Shown: positions 32,639 to 42,386 of the stretch, piece by piece | How the letters are laid out: each line of letters opens with the position of its first letter | How positions within the stretch are numbered: the first letter of the stretch is position 1 | DNA from: an uncultured Chthonomonadaceae bacterium | Lineage (GTDB): Bacteria > Armatimonadota > Chthonomonadetes > Chthonomonadales > Chthonomonadaceae | Reading direction: 5' to 3' | Assembly (NCBI GenBank): GCA_963835065.1 | Contig: CAWIEK010000054.1 | Location: 64,001 to 128,000, forward strand | Length of the DNA stretch: 64,000 bases | Position numbers and translations under genes: made by a program | The notes under the pieces: model-generated | Database searches by the model: none | What the model was told of the DNA's origin: nothing | What the model saw: the letters and a program-made list of their open reading frames with translations, nothing else

Positions 32639-33561
32639 CAACCCTTTCTTTAGGTATTTCTCCCTGCCCCAACGACGTTTTCATCTTCAGCGGCATCCTG
32701 CTGAACCAAATTCCCATGAACAACCTGCGCTTCGACGTAGATTTTCAGGACGTGGAAAACTTAAATCAGCAGGCGCAGGCGGGCCGTCTGGATGTGGTAA
32801 AAATCAGCTACGCCAACTACATTCACTGCCGCAACGAGTATGACCTGCTGCCCTGCGGCGGCGCGTTAGGCCGGGGCGTCGGGCCGCTGCTGCTCGTTAA
32901 TGCAGAAGAAAAGGAGAAAAGGAGAAAAGGAGAAAAGGAAACGGAAGAGCAGGGAACAGGGAACAGGGAACAGGGAACAGAAGAGAATGCCCTATCAACT
33001 ATCAACTATCAACTATCAACTCCTGCTTCATCCTTCATCCTTCATCCTTCATCCTTTCCCCTCCTCGTTCCCGGCGTAAATACTACCGCCAATTTTCTGC
33101 TGGATTTTTATGCCAATCCGAACGGAACTACGCCGCTGCAAAAGCGGTTTCTGCCGTTCGATGCGCTCTATGACGAACTGTGCCGGACGCCGGGGGCGCG
33201 GGGCGTGGTGATTCACGAGAAGCGGTTTACGTATGAACAGGACGGCCTGACGCTCATTCAGGACTTGGGCGCGTATTGGGAACAGCAGACCGGGTATGCC
33301 ATTCCGCTTGGGGCAATCTGCGTCCGCAAGTCACTCGACCTGGCTGCTCAACTTACCGATATAATTCAGCGCAGCCTCGCCTGGGCTTACGCGCATTACG
33401 AGCAAGCCTTTGAACTTTGCAAACAATACGCGCAGGATTTAAGCGCGGGCGTGGTCGAATCCCATATCCGGCTGTACGTCAATTCGTATTCCGAAAACCT
33501 GGGCGCGGACGGAGAAGCCGCCGTCCGCTTCTTCCTCGAACAACAAGGCGTCAGGCAGTAG
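32635..33561 (+). CDS. mqnD: 1,4-dihydroxy-6-naphthoate synthase with in-frame repeat insert
   Basis: SPCPND.FIF, DVE.LN, GGALGRG.GP, PG..TTA, VIHE.RFTY, IPLG, HI.LYVN; insert 32908-33056. Confidence 0.93.
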   Translation: MTTLSLGISPCPNDVFIFSGILLNQIPMNNLRFDVDFQDVENLNQQAQAGRLDVVKISYANYIHCRNEYDLLPCGGALGRGVGPLLLVNAEEKEKRRKGEKETEEQGTGNREQGTEENALSTINYQLSTPASSFILHPSSFPLLVPGVNTTANFLLDFYANPNGTTPLQKRFLPFDALYDELCRTPGARGVVIHEKRFTYEQDGLTLIQDLGAYWEQQTGYAIPLGAICVRKSLDLAAQLTDIIQRSLAWAYAHYEQAFELCKQYAQDLSAGVVESHIRLYVNSYSENLGADGEAAVRFFLEQQGVRQ

Positions 33562-33642
33562 GTGTCAGGTGTCAGGTGTCAGGTGTCAGGTATTGGCTTC
33601 TGTCTTCTGCCCTAATACCTGACACCTGACACCTGACACCTA
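33559..33642. repeat. inverted pair of GGTGTCA heptamer arrays between mqnD and larC
   Basis: TAGGTGTCAGG...GGTATT mirrored by AATACC...CCTGACACCTA. Confidence 0.9.
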
Positions 33643-33661
33643 AACTATGCTGGAGGCTGGT

Positions 33662-34472
33662 ATGCGTATCGCTTATTTTGATTGTTTTAGCGGCGTGAGT
33701 GGAGATATGATTTTGGGCGCGCTGCTTCATGCGGGCGTGGACGAGGAGGCTTGGCGGGGTGAACTTGCCAAGCTCAACGTGCCGGGGTATGAACTGCAAA
33801 TCGGCATGGTCGTGAAAGAAGGCATTTCGGGCATGGACGTGGACGTGGTTCTGCATGAGCAGGATCAGGGACACGGGCGGCACATGGCTGACATCGAAGA
33901 AATCCTGCACAAAAGCGGCGTGTCGGAAAACATTCGCTGCCGCGCTTTGGGCGCGTTCACCCGGCTGGCCCACGCCGAAGCCAAAATCCACGCCATGACG
34001 CCCGATACCATCCACTTTCACGAAGTGGGCGCGGTGGACGCTATCGTAGACATTGTGGGCGCGTGTATCGGGCTGGAAATGCTGGGCGTGGAGAAAGTGT
34101 ACGCTTCGCCCCTGCCGTTCAATCGCGGGCTGGGTGGAGTGCGCGCACGGCACAATGCCGGTTCCCGCGCCCGCCACAATGGAACTGCTGGTCGGTTTCC
34201 CCCTGCGTCCCGATGACCGCCCGAAAGAACTGATTACGCCAACCGGCGCATGTCTCTTATCGGAATGGGCCGAACGGACGCCCGACGGCGACATTGCTCC
34301 GCTTCCCGCTTTCGTGCCCCGCGTCATCGGCTACGGCGCGGGCAAGCGCGACTCGTGGATACCCAACTTACTGCGCCTAGTCGTCGGCGACACCTATGAA
34401 GAACCGCTCAAAAAGCCCTACGGCACAAAACGCCCTACAACCGTCCGTCCATTAAAAACAAAACATAAGTAG
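33662..34472 (+). CDS. larC: nickel pincer cofactor biosynthesis protein LarC, N-terminal domain only (frameshift near 34128)
   Basis: YFDCFSGVSGDMILGAL, AEAKIH, HFHEVGAVDAIVDIVG, AHGTMPVPAPAT, ELITPTGA, GYGAG.RD...PNLLR. Confidence 0.88.
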
Positions 34473-34684
34473 TTCACCACAGAGGCACAGAGACACAGAG
34501 GTTTCACAGAGAAATACGAGGGAGAGAAGAAGATAGAAGATATAAGATATTAGCGGGACGTGCTCTGTCTTAATCCTGTTTAATCCTAATCCCGTTAATC
34601 CTGTCTATTTCTTCTCCTTTTCTCCTTTTCTTCTTTTCTTCTTCTCTCTGTGAAACCTCTGTGTCTCTGTGCCTCTGTGGTGAA
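34473..34684. repeat. composite palindromic element (CACAGAG type), copy 2
   Basis: same 39-bp inverted repeats and interior as 30245-30472; differs mainly in the central loop. Confidence 0.95.
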
Positions 34685-34692
34685 TGACTCCG

Positions 34693-36648
34693 CTATTTCA
34701 GGGAGCGGCCGAAGGGAGGAACCAGGCCCTGTTCGACGGCGAGACGGGTGGCTTCCGTGCGGTTGGTGACGTCCAATTTGGTGAACAGGTTGGACAGGTG
34801 GTACTCGACGGTTTTGGGAGCGATGAACAAGGCGGTGGCGATCTCTTTATTGCGCGCCCCCTGCGCCAGAAGCTGCAAAATCTCGCGTTCGCGCTCGTTC
34901 AGGTCGAAACGCCCGTGTCCTGACGCCAGCGCCGCAAGATGATCCGTGACAACCGGAGCCAGCAGGGATTTGCCCCGGTGCGCCGCCTGTATCGCCGCCA
35001 CCAATTCCGTCGCGTTGGTATCTTTCAGCAGAAACCCCCGCGCGCCCAATCCCAACGCTTCCGAAATCGCATGTTCCGTGTGCAGCGTCGTCAAAATCAC
35101 GACAGGAACTTTGGGCTTGCGGATATGCAGCCGCCGCAAGCCTTCCAGTCCGTCCACATCCGGCATCTGCAAGTCCATCAGCACGACATCCGGCTCGATG
35201 AGCAGGGTTTGCTCCACCGCCTGCGCCCCATTCGCCGCTTCCCCGACCACAACGACTTCGGGGCTGGTTTGCAGCATCACCCGTATTCCCTGCCGCGCCA
35301 GCGCATGGTCATCCACAATCAACACTTTAATCGGGTTGAGGGGGGCAGGAGTTGATAGTTGATAGTTGATAGTTGATGGCGCATCCTCTGCTTCTGTCTT
35401 CTGTCTTCTGTCTTCTGTCTTCCCTTCTGTTCCCTGTTCCCTGTTCCCTGTTCCCTGATGAATGGGCGTGGCCGGGCGGTAGGGCAGGGACACGCGCAGT
35501 CGGGTTCCCCAGCCGGGGGTGCTGTCTATGTGCAGCATCGCGCCGACGAGTTGGGCGCGTTCGCGGATACCGAACAGGCCATAGCCGCTTTCGGGACCGG
35601 GAGTACGCTCGGCTTCAGGGTCAAATCCAACGCCGTCATCTTCAATGAGCAGGGTGACTTCCTTTGCGCCATATTGCAGACCGACGCGGATACGCTGCGG
35701 CTGCGCGTGTTTACGGGCGTTGGTCAGGGCTTCCTGCGCGATGCGGAGCAGGGACGCGCGCTGATCGGGCGTCAGCGGCTGTTCCTCACCCGAAAGGATA
35801 AACTGCGTGGCAATACCCAACTCGGTTTCCAGTTGCTCGGCTTCCTGCGCAATCGCCTGCGCGGGCGACAGCGCTTCGGCGGCGGAAGCGGCCAGGCCGC
35901 GCACCGCGCGGCGCGTATCTTCCAGCGCGGTTTTCGCCAGCCCGTGCGCCTGTGTCAGCATCTCTTCAGCCCCGGCAATGTCGGAGCGTCGCAGCGCGAT
36001 GCGCGTGGTTTCGATTTGCAGAATCACGACAACAAGAGCCTGCGCAACGGTATCGTGGATTTCGCGCGCCAAGCGGTTGCGCTCTTCCAGCATGGCGATT
36101 TCGCGCTGCTGTTCAATGCGCTGCGACAGGGCGATTGCCAGCGTTCCCATATCCGCCAGGCTTTGAAAACCTTCCATTTCCTCCGGCGCGAACTCTCGAC
36201 CGGCCTCCGGGTAGACTACAAGCGCGCCGGCAAAGCGCTGCTCATATTGCAGCGTAATCATCAGCAGGCTGGAAATATTTTCGTCCCGGTACAGTTGGCG
36301 CAGTTCGGGGCTGAGTTCGTTATCTTCCTGCACGTTAGGTGCGAAGATGGGCTGCCCGGATGCCTGCGCGCGGCGGAGAATGGGAGACATGGGCACGACC
36401 TGCGTGACCGCGTTGGCGTATTCCAGCGACACATTGCGCAGAGCAATCGGCGCGATACGGCCCTGCTCGTCCCGCAAAAACAGGCCGATGCGCTCCACAT
36501 GCAAATGTCGGGCGATCACCTCGCTGATCAAACGCGCCACTTCCGCCAGGGGCTTGCCTTCCAGAATGGCGGCGGCTACTTCCCGTCCATAAAATTGTGT
36601 CGGCGCATTGGCGTCACATTCCGCAGTTGTCGCTATTCGTGGCTGCAT
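34693..36648 (-). CDS. hybrid GAF - HisKA_3/HATPase kinase - REC - LuxR HTH protein
   Basis: ERNRLAREIHDTVAQ, QEALTNARKHA, DDGVGF, GYGLFGIRER; VDDH, DVVLMDLQMP; LNERE.EIL.LLAQG..NKEIA. Confidence 0.9.
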   Translation of the reverse strand: MQPRIATTAECDANAPTQFYGREVAAAILEGKPLAEVARLISEVIARHLHVERIGLFLRDEQGRIAPIALRNVSLEYANAVTQVVPMSPILRRAQASGQPIFAPNVQEDNELSPELRQLYRDENISSLLMITLQYEQRFAGALVVYPEAGREFAPEEMEGFQSLADMGTLAIALSQRIEQQREIAMLEERNRLAREIHDTVAQALVVVILQIETTRIALRRSDIAGAEEMLTQAHGLAKTALEDTRRAVRGLAASAAEALSPAQAIAQEAEQLETELGIATQFILSGEEQPLTPDQRASLLRIAQEALTNARKHAQPQRIRVGLQYGAKEVTLLIEDDGVGFDPEAERTPGPESGYGLFGIRERAQLVGAMLHIDSTPGWGTRLRVSLPYRPATPIHQGTGNREQGTEGKTEDRRQKTEAEDAPSTINYQLSTPAPLNPIKVLIVDDHALARQGIRVMLQTSPEVVVVGEAANGAQAVEQTLLIEPDVVLMDLQMPDVDGLEGLRRLHIRKPKVPVVILTTLHTEHAISEALGLGARGFLLKDTNATELVAAIQAAHRGKSLLAPVVTDHLAALASGHGRFDLNEREREILQLLAQGARNKEIATALFIAPKTVEYHLSNLFTKLDVTNRTEATRLAVEQGLVPPFGRSLK

Positions 36649-36653
36649 CTTTC

Positions 36654-37790
36654 TCACCACTCCCCTTCCGGCATACTCGCGCATCCCGCTTCGCGCAGTT
36701 CGGCGTTGCCGTCACGCCCGCCTGCCGCTACCCAAACCATGCGCCCCTGTTGATGCGCCCGCAGACATTCCGCCGCCATGCCGCCCCCCGCGCGCACATC
36801 GAGGGCAATAATCAGATCGGCCAGCGCGTACAGCATCCGGTCCCGGCGGCGCAGGTTCGCGCCCAATGCGTGATCGTCCAGCCGAAACGGGGAAAGCGCC
36901 AGATCGCGGGTCGTGTCGAAGACGGTTTCGCGGATGCGGGCGGCGGCGAACGGCGGGCGATCAAAGGCGGGGCCAAGCGCGTCGCGCAGGCCGCGATCCA
37001 GCACGTAAAGCGTCGGGCGATTCTGGCGCTGAGCCGCCAGTGCCACCCGCTTGTACGGCGTCCGGTCATGCCCTGTCACGGGAACGCACCCGCGCCCGAT
37101 GAGAATCGCCGCCATCTCATCCATGCGCTTCATCGTGGCATTATCCGCGCCATTGGAAACCGCAATGCTGAACAGGAACGGCGCGCGGGCGGCTTGGCGG
37201 GGCGCGACAACCGCCGGAACTTGTTCCTGATGTTCGGCATTACCATTGGTATCTGTATTATCGGTGTTTGTTCGGTAAAGTTGAGCCGATGTTTTTACAG
37301 GTTTGCGAGAAGCGGACGCAGACGGCTGTATTGGCTGTGAAGCAGGCTGTGCCGTTGCTTTCGGCACGGCGGGCGCAGTCACTTCGGGGCGAATAGGCGC
37401 AGGCGAAAGCAGGCCGAGATTGCCCAATGCGTACACGATGGGCGGGGGCGCGTCGTCGAAACGCTCCAAACGGTCAGGGTACGCGGGGCTTTGAGGCGTG
37501 AGAACGTGCAGATTGTGCTGCCGGACGGTTCGCGCCAGTTCTTCGGCCTGCGCGCGCAATCGTTCCTGTTGTTCGCACAGCATAGCGGCGGCGCGGGCAT
37601 CGAGTTCGCAGCGGGTTTGCCATTCGTCTGCCGACCATTGCAGGCAGGTTTCGGGGTCAAGGCGGCGCGACGTGAGGTGATGAAGCAGGCGAGTCAGCGT
37701 TTTTTCACCAACGTTCGGGATGCTGTGCAGCAGCAGGGCGAAGCGGGTAAAACCGAGGGGTTCCGTGCTTGTTTTGGGGTCACGGTTCAC
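36654..37790 (-). CDS. DprA/SMF-like protein, divergent, with low-complexity insert
   Basis: IPNVGEKT, YPDRLE.FDDAPPPIVYALGN, RRDRMLYALAD...GG....A..QGR.V. Confidence 0.65.
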   Translation of the reverse strand: MNRDPKTSTEPLGFTRFALLLHSIPNVGEKTLTRLLHHLTSRRLDPETCLQWSADEWQTRCELDARAAAMLCEQQERLRAQAEELARTVRQHNLHVLTPQSPAYPDRLERFDDAPPPIVYALGNLGLLSPAPIRPEVTAPAVPKATAQPASQPIQPSASASRKPVKTSAQLYRTNTDNTDTNGNAEHQEQVPAVVAPRQAARAPFLFSIAVSNGADNATMKRMDEMAAILIGRGCVPVTGHDRTPYKRVALAAQRQNRPTLYVLDRGLRDALGPAFDRPPFAAARIRETVFDTTRDLALSPFRLDDHALGANLRRRDRMLYALADLIIALDVRAGGGMAAECLRAHQQGRMVWVAAGGRDGNAELREAGCASMPEGEW

Positions 37791-37964
37791 GGCAATCTGC
37801 TTTCTCGACAGGGCGAGGACAAAAACAAACGTCCGGCTTCTGAAATAGTTTTGTACCGAACTATTTCAACAGTATACCCGATTTTTCTCACCCCGGACGC
37901 TTTTGTACAAAGATATATCGAACGTATGCCGCTTTTCTACATCTATATCAAGGCCGGTAGAAAT

Positions 37965-38435
37965 TTAGAATGTGGCGGCATCTTTCCTCAAGACGGCTCC
38001 ATGCTTTTGCGGCTCGAAACCGACAGGCCAGAGCGTGTCTTCGTCATAGGTTGCGCCGTTCATGCGGGTTCCTGCCAGGCTGGCATTGGTGAAGTCTGCC
38101 GCAAGAATGTAAGCCTCCCGCAAATCCGCTCTGTCAAGACAAGCGCCGACAAAAGAAGTTCCTGAAAGCGTGGCCTTGCGCAGCGAAGCCCCATGCAGCC
38201 AGGCTCCGTCAAGAAAAGCGTTCGCAAGACACGCGGAAGTAAAGTTCGCTTCCTGCAAATCAGCCTGTTCCAGTTCGGCATTGCGGACGTCGGCTGCTTT
38301 AAAAGACGCCCCGCTCATCTTTGCGCCTTGCAAGTTGACGCGATGCAAGTCCTGGCCGTCCAGATTGACATTTTCCAGCGTGTCCGCCTCTACATAAATA
38401 ACCTTCCCGGTAACGCGACTTTTAATTTCAATCAT
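37965..38435 (-). CDS. pentapeptide repeat protein
   Basis: A(D/N)LXX repeats; ATYDEDTLWPVGF C-cap. Confidence 0.9.
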   Translation of the reverse strand: MIEIKSRVTGKVIYVEADTLENVNLDGQDLHRVNLQGAKMSGASFKAADVRNAELEQADLQEANFTSACLANAFLDGAWLHGASLRKATLSGTSFVGACLDRADLREAYILAADFTNASLAGTRMNGATYDEDTLWPVGFEPQKHGAVLRKDAATF

Positions 38436-38737
38436 GGTTTTCCATTCAAGAAGCAGTAGCCGCCCGGCCAGCGAACCGGGTCAACAACCAATTGTCCCCA
38501 CGTAAATGTCCTTGCAAACGGCTCCGAACTTAGAACCAAAACCGGTTCGATGTGCGCTAATCGAGCGGCAATATAGCGATGATGCCCGTCAATAATGACA
38601 TTGCCGTTGTATTTAATTTCCCTGCCAATCCAACTCCAGGTTCCGGCTTGCATCATCAAAATCATGTCGTTGATTTTCGGGCCGGATACTTGTGGCTGAC
38701 GCGCCAGAAACTTGTTTCTGAATGGCAGCGGTGTCAA
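38432..38737 (-). CDS. small ParB/Srx-like domain protein
   Basis: IIDGHHRYIAARL; overlaps both neighbours by 4 nt. Confidence 0.6.
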   Translation of the reverse strand: MTPLPFRNKFLARQPQVSGPKINDMILMMQAGTWSWIGREIKYNGNVIIDGHHRYIAARLAHIEPVLVLSSEPFARTFTWGQLVVDPVRWPGGYCFLNGKP

Positions 38738-39633
38738 AGCAAATTCTCTAAACCAACGACAAGCCCGTTCAGGCCGCGTACTTTGCGGACGGCTAACACA
38801 ACACCCGGCATGAACGAGGTGCGGTTGGTGGAATCATGCCGGATGGTGAGGATTTCGCCCACGCCGCCGAAGATCACTTCCTGATGCGCGACGAAACCGG
38901 GCAGGCGGACGCTGTGGATGGGAATATCGCCCGTGTTGACGTGCCGCGCCCCACGCGCTCCCGGCGCTTTCTCAATGGTATTTTCGGGCGTCGGCGTTGG
39001 CGTTTGTCCCGCTTCCTGCCGCGCCTGCGCGATCTTCTGCGCCGTCAGCAGCGCCGTGCCGGAAGGCGAGTCCAGTTTCTTTTCGTGGTGCAGTTCGATG
39101 ATTTCCACGTCCGGCAAATAGCGCGCGGCCTGCGCCGCAAACTGCATTGCCAGTACCGCGCCAATGGCAAAGTTGGGCGCGATAAATGCCCCAACGCCCT
39201 TTTGCTGCGCCAGCGAATCCAGAAAGGCTAATTCGGTAAGCGCAAGCCCGGTTGTTCCAATCACCGGCGAAACACGGTTATCCAGCGCTACAACCGCATT
39301 GTGTTTCACGCTGTCCGGCAGCGTAAAATCAACCATAACGCTCGGATGCGTCCGCACAATGGCCGTGTGCAGATCGCTTTCAATCCAAACACCTGCCCTG
39401 CCGATACCCGCAAGGTCGCCTGCGTCCGAACCGATTGCCGCCACATCTACGGCCGCCACCAACTGCAAACCCGGCGCTTCTCGGACGGCCCTGACAACCT
39501 CGCGCCCCATGCGCCCTGCCGCGCCGCAGACAAGGACGCGGATCACGTTTGTATCCTCATCTACAGTTTCCTGTTGTGCCAACACCTGCATTCCCATGCC
39601 GCCCTGTGTAATTTGTGTCATTTCCTCACTCAT
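38734..39633 (-). CDS. dapB: 4-hydroxy-tetrahydrodipicolinate reductase
   Basis: GAAGRMG, VDFT.P, VIGTTG, APNFAIG, EIIELHHEKKLDSPSGTA, HSVRLPG..AHQEV. Confidence 0.96.
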   Translation of the reverse strand: MSEEMTQITQGGMGMQVLAQQETVDEDTNVIRVLVCGAAGRMGREVVRAVREAPGLQLVAAVDVAAIGSDAGDLAGIGRAGVWIESDLHTAIVRTHPSVMVDFTLPDSVKHNAVVALDNRVSPVIGTTGLALTELAFLDSLAQQKGVGAFIAPNFAIGAVLAMQFAAQAARYLPDVEIIELHHEKKLDSPSGTALLTAQKIAQARQEAGQTPTPTPENTIEKAPGARGARHVNTGDIPIHSVRLPGFVAHQEVIFGGVGEILTIRHDSTNRTSFMPGVVLAVRKVRGLNGLVVGLENLL

Positions 39634-39672
39634 GCTTACATTTCCGGCGTCGCCTGCCGTTATTCTTTGTTT

Positions 39673-41044
39673 TCATGCGGATTGATTAAAGTCCGCCAAC
39701 CGGATTGTTTCAAGACGGGCGTAAACGGCTTCCAAAAACCGCCCTATCTGAACCGCGATGTCTTCGGGCGCTTCGCCATCCGTCGCAAGCCGCTACAGCA
39801 GGGCGTCCTCATCCTCCGACCAGGGGATGGGCGTACCGGCAGCGGTTTGGCGCGTTCGCGCAAACTGCTGCCGCCACAACAATTGGTCCGGCTTACTGTC
39901 CCATTTGCCGTTTGCTTTGTCGTTTACTTTATCGTTTGGATTATGGTCCGGGTTGCTGTCCTGCTTGGCGGCTTGTTTACGACGCGGCCTGCTCACCCTC
40001 GGCAGTACACTTTCCGAAGGGATTGGAGCAGCGTCCGCTTGTGGCTGCGCAGGAACAAACGAAGGCAGCATACCGGCGACAATGCCGCTTGCGGTTACAG
40101 ACGTACGCCCTTCGGTGACGGCAGCCACCTGATTTTGGACGGCTGCGGCCTGCATGTTGCCGACAAAAGCCTGCATATCGCGGACAAGAGTGGGTATATC
40201 ATCCGCAAACGGATCAGGGTAAGCCGTTAAGTCCGGTGAACTTGTATACGCGGGAATGGATACATCCGTTTTTCTCCTGCGGGACTTGCCTGTCTTGCGT
40301 TCCACTCCTCTGGCATTGCTGCCGGTGACTTTGCTTTGCTCTGCGTTGAGCGCTTCTGAGGGAACCACAACGCCGGCAACCAATTTGTAGCAGTGTTCTA
40401 TGCCGCCTTCCACAGTGGCAAACGGTTCGCCCAGGCTGATGGTGAGCCACACTTCCGCATTGTCGGCAAGGCGGGCGGCCTGATAGGGATGTGTGCCGGC
40501 CTTCAAATGCAATAGGCGCTGTTCCCAAACCGGATCGGTCAGGGGCAGATTGTATTCCGCGCCGTCCAATGTGAACACAACGCGCGTTCGCCGTTCGCCT
40601 TCCTTGTTCGCTGCGATAAGCCATTGCAGGTTTTCCGGCGCTGACCAGCGCAAGCGAGTGGGCGACGGGATGCTCTTGCAGGAAAGCATACGCGATCTTG
40701 TCTTCCGTATTGCCAAGCAGCGGGCCGGGCGACAATTGCAAACGCAGCCATTCGCGCCGGTCACTTTCCGACGCGCTTGCTACCCGCTCCCAACGCAGCG
40801 CCATCACATTCCAATCTTCCGGGTGGTGCGGACGGGGATTGGGACGCGAACAGTGTACCCGCAACGTGTCCAGCAACTGCGGTTCCATATCATCGGGAAG
40901 CGTGTAATGGTGCGAAAACAGGACGCCCTCGGCATTGGAGCCGACAGGCCGCAGCCAGCCCTTGCCATCCGTCCGTAGCCCCGCCACGCACCGCCCGTGC
41001 CGTTTCCGCGAATTGGCAAGACACACAATCTCGAACGTCGGCAT
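39673..41044 (-). CDS. dual OB-fold domain protein with low-complexity linker and C-terminal Myb-like HTH (frameshifts near 40620-40650; in-frame TAG at 39793)
   Basis: IVCLANSRK..GRCVAG...GWLRPV, HHPED, YNLPLTDP, LTISLGEPF...CYKLVAGV; PWSEDEDALL*RL...EDIAVQIGR. Confidence 0.72.
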
Positions 41045-41072
41045 TGCCTCACTCCCTGCACTGCCATTGTCT

Positions 41073-41165
41073 TGAACCATGATTTTCCATGCTTCGGATG
41101 ATACCCGTGAGGAACGCGCCTCCTCAATCATGGTAATCACATAAATCATGGAAGATCATGGTTCA
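41073..41165. repeat. 9-bp-periodic palindromic element (AACCATGA type), copy 2
   Basis: TGAACCATGATTTTCCATG...CATGGAAGATCATGGTTCA; right arm nearly identical to 6217-6262. Confidence 0.85.
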
Positions 41166-41176
41166 GACAAAATAAA

Positions 41177-41614
41177 TCACAAATCCACAATCTGCAAATC
41201 GCCCCACTTTTCCTGCAAATACTCAACGACAAGACGCCGGTGGCAATGCTCGGACGTGGCTTCGCTGCACAACAGCGCGGTGGGAACCATGAAAAGGGTA
41301 CGGTCCAGCGTGGTTTCAATCTGCCGTTCGCGCATCAGGGCCAGAAAGCGCGTCTCGTATTCCGCCCAATCCCCTTTGTGTTTCTTGTAAGCGTCCAGCA
41401 TTTCCTGCGTGGGAGCCAGCCGCGTGTCGTGTTCATACATGATGCCGCCGATCTCGCGCAAAAAGTACGCCAGGTCGTCGCGCTTGGCAAACCCGGCCAG
41501 TTGCGAGACATTGTTCAGGCGCACATCCAGCAGGCGCTTTACGCCCGCCTGCTTCAGCGACTCGAAGAACTGCCGGGCCGTTTTTTGCGTGAAACCGATT
41601 GTGTAGACCTCCAC
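41177..41614 (-). CDS. DUF488 family protein
   Basis: YTIGFT, LLDVRLNN.SQLAGF, LLCSE....HCHRRLV. Confidence 0.92.
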   Translation of the reverse strand: MEVYTIGFTQKTARQFFESLKQAGVKRLLDVRLNNVSQLAGFAKRDDLAYFLREIGGIMYEHDTRLAPTQEMLDAYKKHKGDWAEYETRFLALMRERQIETTLDRTLFMVPTALLCSEATSEHCHRRLVVEYLQEKWGDLQIVDL

Positions 41615-42174
41615 GCCGTCAATTCCTCCTCATCCCCGAACAGCGATTGCTGCCCGCCGTCATCTTCTTCTGCTTTCATTTCTTCCGCCGTCAGTTCCGC
41701 TTCGGTTTGCAGCCTGCCATCCCCCCGAATGTGCATAACCTGCGCCCCGCGTTCGCCCAACACGCGCCCGATCAGCAGCCGCCGGTGACAAATCGCCGGG
41801 TTTTCCTCGCTGCACATCAGCGCAATCCGGTGCTGACTCGCGCCCTTCTCCACCTTTGCCACGCCGGACAGAAATTCCGGCGTTTGCGCCACCAGATCGT
41901 AGCGCACATGCCCCTGCGCGTCGTAAAACTCCCCGCCGTCCGGTCTGCCGCCCAATTCCTGCCCCAAAAACACAAAACGCGCTCCCGCCCCCTCTACAGC
42001 AGGCCGAAGCGCGTCATGGTTGAAATGCGGCACAAAGCGGGAGTGCGGGCGTGACCGCGTATCCACCAGCACGTCAATCCCATGCTGATGCAGCAGCCCC
42101 AAAAACACATCCAGCGCATGATTGGAGTGCCCCACCGTAAACACCACGCGCCCCGCATCCGAAACCTCTGCCAT
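41554..42174 (-). CDS. DUF488 family protein
   Basis: FTVGHSNH, LVDTRS.P.S...PHF, ELGGRP, LMCSEENP..CHR.LLI. Confidence 0.92.
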   Translation of the reverse strand: MAEVSDAGRVVFTVGHSNHALDVFLGLLHQHGIDVLVDTRSRPHSRFVPHFNHDALRPAVEGAGARFVFLGQELGGRPDGGEFYDAQGHVRYDLVAQTPEFLSGVAKVEKGASQHRIALMCSEENPAICHRRLLIGRVLGERGAQVMHIRGDGRLQTEAELTAEEMKAEEDDGGQQSLFGDEEELTAWRSTQSVSRKKRPGSSSSR

Positions 42175-42195
42175 GTGCCTATACACTCCAGAAAC

Positions 42196-42386
42196 AAACC
42201 ACGGAGAACACGGAGGACACGGGGAGGAAAAGGGAAAAACAAAATGATATATTTACCACGAAGGACATGGATAACGCGGATCAACGCAGATTAACAGCAG
42301 AACTCAAATTATCCGTGTTCATCTGTTTCATCCGTGTCCTCCGTGGTTCACGTTTCCCCTTCTCCTCCCCGTGTTCCCCGTGGTTT
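42196..42386. repeat. nested 9-bp-periodic palindromic element (ACCACGG type)
   Basis: outer AAACCACGGAGAACACGG...CCGTGTTCCCCGTGGTTT with inner ACCACGAAGGAC...GTCCTCCGTGGT. Confidence 0.8.

Noticed and set aside
34120..34140. larC frameshift as programmed ribosomal frameshifting
   Set aside because: It lies mid-domain in a short G run, and similar single-base indels occur throughout the window (about 10150, 18955, 40650, 58690, 63270), so assembly error is more likely
39793..39795. In-frame TAG as recoding (pyrrolysine or alternative code)
   Set aside because: TAG is used as a normal stop in many genes here; a point mutation or base-call error is simpler
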